Under the pieces are notes generated by a model. That model worked only from the letters and a program-made list of their open reading frames with translations, made no database searches and was not told where the DNA came from. Made by a program: the position numbers and the translations under genes. Below are positions 59,221 through 64,000 of a stretch of DNA of 64,000 nt, one piece after another. The DNA is from Candidatus Cloacimonadales bacterium (GTDB lineage Bacteria > Cloacimonadota > Cloacimonadia > Cloacimonadales > JAFGVF01). The stretch covers positions 544,001-608,000 of the forward strand of contig OY782781.1 in assembly GCA_963678315.1 (NCBI GenBank), read 5' to 3'. Each line of letters begins with the position of its first letter. The stretch's first letter is position 1.

Positions 59221-61299
59221 TTAATATCTCACAAGCTGTTCTTTCCACATGTAGTGCTTTACGTAATAATCCCTAATCAGCCTATTCTTTTCATCTTCTA
59301 AGTGAGGGTCATCTTCAAGAATCTTAAAAGCAATCTTACGAGCTGTATTGAGTATTTGCTGGTCCTTGATTATGTTAGCAAACTTGAAGTTAGGCAAACC
59401 AGATTGTTCTGTTCCAAAGAAATCTCCAGGTCCTCTAATTTCTAAATCTTTCTCAGCAATAACAAAGCCATCACTAGTTGAGATCATGGTTTGTAATCTC
59501 TCTCTTCCCTCAGTAGAAATTGGAGGATAAGCTATCAAGTAGCAATAAGCTTGTTCAGCACCTCTGCCCACTCTACCTCGCAATTGGTGTAGCTGACTGA
59601 GTCCAAACCTTTCAGCATGCTCGATCATCATGACAGAAGCATTAGCTACATCTACACCAACTTCTATAACAGTCGTTGAAACTAGAATATCATGTTCATG
59701 CCTTTTAAACTGGAGCATTATCTCATCTTTCTCAGCAGATTTCATTTTACCATGCAAGAGGGCAATTCTATAATTTGTGAAAATAGCTGTTGTGAGTTCT
59801 TGGTATAAAGTCTCAGCATCAAGTAAATCAAGCTTATCAGATTCTTCAACCAAGGGACAAACAATATAGGCTTGTCTACCTGCTTCAAGTTCTTTTCTAA
59901 TTTCTCCATAGACGTATGGTTTCTTGCTCTCAGCATGCCAATGAGTATGCACTTCTTTCCTAGTTGGAGGAAGTTGGTCTATTTGGGAGACTTCTAGGTC
60001 GCCGTAGACAGTCAAGGCTAAGGAACGAGGAATAGGAGTTGCAGAAAGATAGAGCATATCCGGAAAGTTCATCTTTTGAGAAAGTTTTGCACGTTGCTCA
60101 ACTCCAAATCTATGCTGTTCATCTACTGCCATAAAGCCTGGTTTATTGAATATAATATCATCTTGAATCAAAGCATGAGTTCCGATTATAACTTGATAAT
60201 CGCCATTGGCTATTCCCTCTTTTACTCCTTTCTTCCCCTTATAACTTCCACCTTTGAGAATACAAACATTTATCTCTTCTTGATCTTTTAAGTATTTAGA
60301 AATACTTTCATAATGTTGTTCTGCTAGTATCTCAGTTGGAACCATCATAATAGCTTGGTAACCATTTTCTATAGCTATTAGCATAGCAAAGAGTGTAACA
60401 ATTGTTTTACCTGAACCCACATCTCCTTGGATAAGCCTGTTCATCTGCTTTTCAGAACACATATCTTGCACTATCTCGTTGATTACACGTTTCTGGGCTT
60501 TGGTTAATTCAAAAGGTAAAGATTCTTTTAATTTACTGGTATAGGTGTGAAATAGCTTAAATTTTAAGCCTTGAACAATTCTATCATGTCTGAACTTTAA
60601 TCTACCAGTTAAGAGCTGAGTATAGAAGAGCTCTTCGAAAGAAAAACGCTTCCTTGCTTTCTCTGCTTTCTTCTCTTCTGTAGCGAAGTGCATGACTTGT
60701 AGAGCTGTCTTTCTTGCCGGTAGCTTTAGTAAATTAAGAATTGATTCAGGTAGATTCTCTTCAATAAGGTTTGCGCATTCTGAAAAACATTGCACCATTG
60801 CTGTGCGGATAATCTTATTGGTGATAGTCCCTGTAAGTTTATATACTGGTAAGAGTGGCCTCTTCCTCCAGAAGTCGTTATCAGAAGCCTCCCCTTCGAT
60901 AATTTCCCAATCTGGATGAACAATCTGATAGCTTTCCATGAAGAGCGATACAGGTCCACTTACCCAAACAGTCTTGCCTACTAACATCTGGCTAGTAACA
61001 AACTTACCATAACGAAACCAAATGCACATTAAGGAATCTGTACCATCAGAGATAACAACATGAAGCTTCTTCTTATCTCGACCATAACCCTTCTCATAGA
61101 CATCGATAATAGTTCCAACTAGGGCAACGGTAGTATTGTTCTCGATTAAAGCAATGGGAACATTCGTCCTTCGGTCTATATAGGTTCTGGGGAAGTATTC
61201 CATTAAGTCTAAAACAGTCTCAATATCAACCTTCATCAGCTGTTTAGCTCTGAATTCACCCATTCCTTTTAAATACTTAATATTATCATCTAGTTTCAA
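59221..61299 (-). CDS. recG: ATP-dependent DNA helicase RecG
   Basis: QGDVGSGKT, DEQHRFGV, SATPIPRS, QLHQLRGRVGRG and RGPGDFFGTEQSG motifs. Confidence 0.97.
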   Translation of the reverse strand: MKLDDNIKYLKGMGEFRAKQLMKVDIETVLDLMEYFPRTYIDRRTNVPIALIENNTTVALVGTIIDVYEKGYGRDKKKLHVVISDGTDSLMCIWFRYGKFVTSQMLVGKTVWVSGPVSLFMESYQIVHPDWEIIEGEASDNDFWRKRPLLPVYKLTGTITNKIIRTAMVQCFSECANLIEENLPESILNLLKLPARKTALQVMHFATEEKKAEKARKRFSFEELFYTQLLTGRLKFRHDRIVQGLKFKLFHTYTSKLKESLPFELTKAQKRVINEIVQDMCSEKQMNRLIQGDVGSGKTIVTLFAMLIAIENGYQAIMMVPTEILAEQHYESISKYLKDQEEINVCILKGGSYKGKKGVKEGIANGDYQVIIGTHALIQDDIIFNKPGFMAVDEQHRFGVEQRAKLSQKMNFPDMLYLSATPIPRSLALTVYGDLEVSQIDQLPPTRKEVHTHWHAESKKPYVYGEIRKELEAGRQAYIVCPLVEESDKLDLLDAETLYQELTTAIFTNYRIALLHGKMKSAEKDEIMLQFKRHEHDILVSTTVIEVGVDVANASVMMIEHAERFGLSQLHQLRGRVGRGAEQAYCYLIAYPPISTEGRERLQTMISTSDGFVIAEKDLEIRGPGDFFGTEQSGLPNFKFANIIKDQQILNTARKIAFKILEDDPHLEDEKNRLIRDYYVKHYMWKEQLVRY

Positions 61300-61416
61300 A
61301 ATTACCTTACCTTAAAAGAATATCATTTATTAAGTACCAATTATTATTTCTTGATTAAAGTTGTCTATAAATTTAAATCTACTAAACTATTTTATTGATA
61401 ATTTGAATCTGTGTAA

Positions 61417-61450
61417 AGAAGAAGAGTACCCTTATTAAGAGTACTCTTCT
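61417..61450 (-). terminator. Rho-independent terminator
   Basis: AGAAGAGTAC...GTACTCTTCT stem. Confidence 0.7.
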
Positions 61451-61468
61451 AAATTTATAAGATAGTTA

Positions 61469-62569
61469 TTATTTATCCTGACTAGGTTGACCGTAGTGGC
61501 TATCTCCATTACTTGATTCTGGTTCATCGAAATCATTCTCAATGATAATACCGCCATCTGGGTGACGGATAATGAGTTTACCAACAGGTTCATTATTTTC
61601 AAGCATTACAGAACCAATTTCTTTACTTCCTAGCTTAGCAGTTACTTTTCCATTAGCTCCTTCTTCATTAACTGGTATTGTTAAGGTTAGCATGTCTGAA
61701 AGCTTAAGGCTTGTGATTGGGGCTTCACCAAACATAGTCAATACAAAATTAGTTATCGCAACCCCATTGTTTAAAGTAATTACTACAGGAGCAGTTGGAA
61801 TATTGTCTTTTGTTGAAGATTGGACAGTGAGTTTAGATGCTGAATTCAAGCCTTCTACTTTTCCACCAGCCATGTTTTCTACTATACCGTTCACATTGCT
61901 CAAGGACATACTTGATTTGCCATTAAGTTTATCATCTTTTACTTCTACAGTAACTTTGAAGTTTGAGTTAACATCATGCTTAATTTCTACAGGAACATCT
62001 TCTTCCATTATTTTAGCAGCCATCTTTACTAAGAAGTCTATGTTATCGATTTCGGAAGAGACTGTTCCATTAACTTTTCCTTCTACAAAAGGAACTAATA
62101 TTTCTAGGCTAGCTCCCTTTTTAGTCTTATATTCTTGTAGTGCAAAATTATCTAATAGTTCGTTACTAATTTTAGCTATATCATTTATTAGAAGAATAGT
62201 GTTACCATGAAGTTTACCATTTTTAAATGGGATTCTTAAAGAGAATTTAAAGTCTTTGTTTAGCTCAGGAACTTCTTTAGTAAAAGAAGTTAAGAAAGAA
62301 TCATCTTGATCTAGAACTATTGTACCAGTTAAAGGTTCACCTGTTTTAGGATCATTAACTTCAATAAAACTTAATGATTGATGAATCATTATATTGCCCA
62401 TAAAGATTTGCATTTGTCTTTCTAAGTATTGTTCAAGTTCCTTTTCATTCTTATCTTCAAAAGAAATAAACTCAGATAAATCTCTTTCTACATCTTTAGC
62501 TTGTAATTGTCCAAAATAGATTGGACATAAAAGTAAAGTAACCAACAAAAGTAATACCAATTTCTTCAT
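61469..62569 (-). CDS. Exported hypothetical protein with MORN-variant-like repeats (paralogue of 62913-63995)
   Basis: Signal peptide; recurring F..GK..G motifs (FKNGKLHG, FVEGKVNG, VKDDKLNG). Confidence 0.75.
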   Translation of the reverse strand: MKKLVLLLLVTLLLCPIYFGQLQAKDVERDLSEFISFEDKNEKELEQYLERQMQIFMGNIMIHQSLSFIEVNDPKTGEPLTGTIVLDQDDSFLTSFTKEVPELNKDFKFSLRIPFKNGKLHGNTILLINDIAKISNELLDNFALQEYKTKKGASLEILVPFVEGKVNGTVSSEIDNIDFLVKMAAKIMEEDVPVEIKHDVNSNFKVTVEVKDDKLNGKSSMSLSNVNGIVENMAGGKVEGLNSASKLTVQSSTKDNIPTAPVVITLNNGVAITNFVLTMFGEAPITSLKLSDMLTLTIPVNEEGANGKVTAKLGSKEIGSVMLENNEPVGKLIIRHPDGGIIIENDFDEPESSNGDSHYGQPSQDK

Positions 62570-62832
62570 AACATACTCCTAAAATATCGTTTATGCCAAG
62601 TAATAAGAGCTAATTTTAAACTGTCAATTAAAAAACTGTGGATGATTCATGCTTAGACTTTTGACAAAAAGCTTAATATAGAATTGTGTCTGTTAGTAAA
62701 TATTAATGTTATTCATTTGAGATTCGACATATCTTAGTTAAATCTTTAGCACTCGAAGTATTATAATACGTCATCGACTAAAGCTTTAACTAATCTATTA
62801 CCGATTTATTTTTGTAAAAATAAAGCAAAAAC

Positions 62833-62858
62833 AAAGAGCCTAGACTTTAGTCAAGGCT
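62833..62858 (-). terminator. Rho-independent terminator
   Basis: GAGCC-TAGAC-TTTA-GTC-AAGGCTC with an A-rich run on the + strand. Confidence 0.6.
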
Positions 62859-62912
62859 CACAGCCCTGAAAATTCAGAGCTATCAAATTATTTTTCTACT
62901 TTAATTATTGAA

Positions 62913-63995
62913 TTAATATCTACCGTATCCGTTATCAATTCTACCATGATAGAATTCTTCATCAAAAATCACTCCACCATCAGGATTTTCTAAATGAGCT
63001 GCTCCATGAGGTTCGCTATCTCTGAATGATGCATAACCGATTTCTTTATCACCAACCTTTGCCATTGCTCTACCATTGATACCTTCTTCATTGAATGGTA
63101 CTGTGATAGTTAATACTTCTTTAGCCTTTACACTTTCGATTGGCTTTTCATTCATGAAATCTAAGATAGCGTTTGCTAAAGCAACAGAGTTTTCTAAAGT
63201 AAGTTTAATTTCACCATTTTGAACTAATGGTCTAGGTTCGATTTCAAATTTATCAGCTGTAACAGATAACTTAAGTTCTGAATCTGAGTTTAAATCATCA
63301 ATTTTGCCTCTATTGATAGATTCAAAAATACCATTAACATTGCTAAGAGCTAAAGCAATTTCCCCAGCAGGATTGTCTTCTTTAAACTTAGCAGTGAAAG
63401 TGAATTTAGAATGTACGTCTCTCATTTTTCTAATTGGAAGGTCTCTACCCATTTCAGCAAACATTGCTTTTGCAAAGAAATCTATATCATCGATTTCAGC
63501 TTTAACTTCGCCATCTATTTTACCTTTCTTGAATGGAATCACAATTTCAACAGCAGGTCCTGCTTTCTTTTCATACTCTTCTAAATCAACTTCTTCAAGC
63601 ATTTCATCACTAATTTTAGTAATATCTTTAATTGTGGCAACTGTTTTACCGTCTAATTTACCATCTTTAAAGGAAGCTTTGATAGAGAATTTGAAGTCTT
63701 TATTGATTTCAACTTCTTTTGTAAATGCTTTAAAGATTTCATCATCTTGATTTAGGACTACAACGCCTGTAAAAGGTTTGTCTGAATCTGGTTCTGTTAG
63801 TTCAAGGAAGCTGAAAGATTTATTAACGTAAAGGTTTCCAGCAAACTTTTCAGCTTTCTCTTCAAAGTATTCTGCTAAAACATCTGGATCTCTGCTTTCA
63901 ATCTCAACAAAGTCTTGGAATTTAACTTCTTTTTTACTACATGCAACCGTAACCAACATCATAATAGCTAACAACAATAATAATAATTTCTTCAA
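62913..63995 (-). CDS. Hypothetical lipoprotein with MORN-variant-like repeats
   Basis: Lipobox VTVA-C; FKDGKLDG, FKKGKIDG; shares SLSF/SFSF, NKDFKFS and PDGG blocks with its neighbour; TTG start at the window edge. Confidence 0.75.
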   Translation of the reverse strand: MKKLLLLLLAIMMLVTVACSKKEVKFQDFVEIESRDPDVLAEYFEEKAEKFAGNLYVNKSFSFLELTEPDSDKPFTGVVVLNQDDEIFKAFTKEVEINKDFKFSIKASFKDGKLDGKTVATIKDITKISDEMLEEVDLEEYEKKAGPAVEIVIPFKKGKIDGEVKAEIDDIDFFAKAMFAEMGRDLPIRKMRDVHSKFTFTAKFKEDNPAGEIALALSNVNGIFESINRGKIDDLNSDSELKLSVTADKFEIEPRPLVQNGEIKLTLENSVALANAILDFMNEKPIESVKAKEVLTITVPFNEEGINGRAMAKVGDKEIGYASFRDSEPHGAAHLENPDGGVIFDEEFYHGRIDNGYGRY

Positions 63996-64000
63996 AATTA

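Noticed and set aside
62592..62600. TTGGCA upstream of the 61469-62569 gene as a sigma54 promoter
   Set aside because: No GC at the required -12 position.
61572..63750. Long + strand ORFs (212 and 148 aa) and the many other short antisense ORFs in the track
   Set aside because: They are shadows of well-supported genes on the opposite strand or in another frame, with no protein motifs.

Overview
AT-rich bacterial chromosomal window (translation table 11), most consistent with a Cloacimonadota-like anaerobic diderm. That assignment is an inference from kdd-kamA lysine fermentation genes, several secreted proteins ending in a (Y/A)PNP...SG(I/L)Y C-terminal domain, and outer-membrane secretin, porin and TolC genes. 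In order, the window holds: a sigma54 response regulator (partial); a 13-gene type IV pilus locus with a sigma54 promoter before pilA; a frameshifted PpiC/TPR foldase; a porin-pstSCAB-phoU-phoBR-sigma operon with a Pho box; ruvB; a HAD hydrolase; an FAD oxidoreductase; a stand-alone EF-G paralogue; Hsp20; kdd-kamA; a hipBST-like toxin-antitoxin module; a YtrA-type ABC operon; a TetR-RND efflux operon; a TPR-sigma54 activator next to a secreted LamG protein; a Y1 HUH transposase inside 141-bp repeat arrays; a clostripain-like protease; recG; and two MORN-like paralogues. Main unexplained signals: (1) two adjacent ORFs at 34010-36154 form one frame broken by a single in-frame UGA (CDYG-UGA-APP) followed by a GC-rich hairpin, a candidate secreted selenoprotein; (2) a REPtron-like TnpA bracketed by five 141-bp multi-hairpin units; (3) six co-oriented DnaA boxes at 58.2-58.4 kb with no dnaA gene nearby; (4) a family of modular palindromic intergenic elements. 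No rRNA, tRNA or CRISPR array was recognised.
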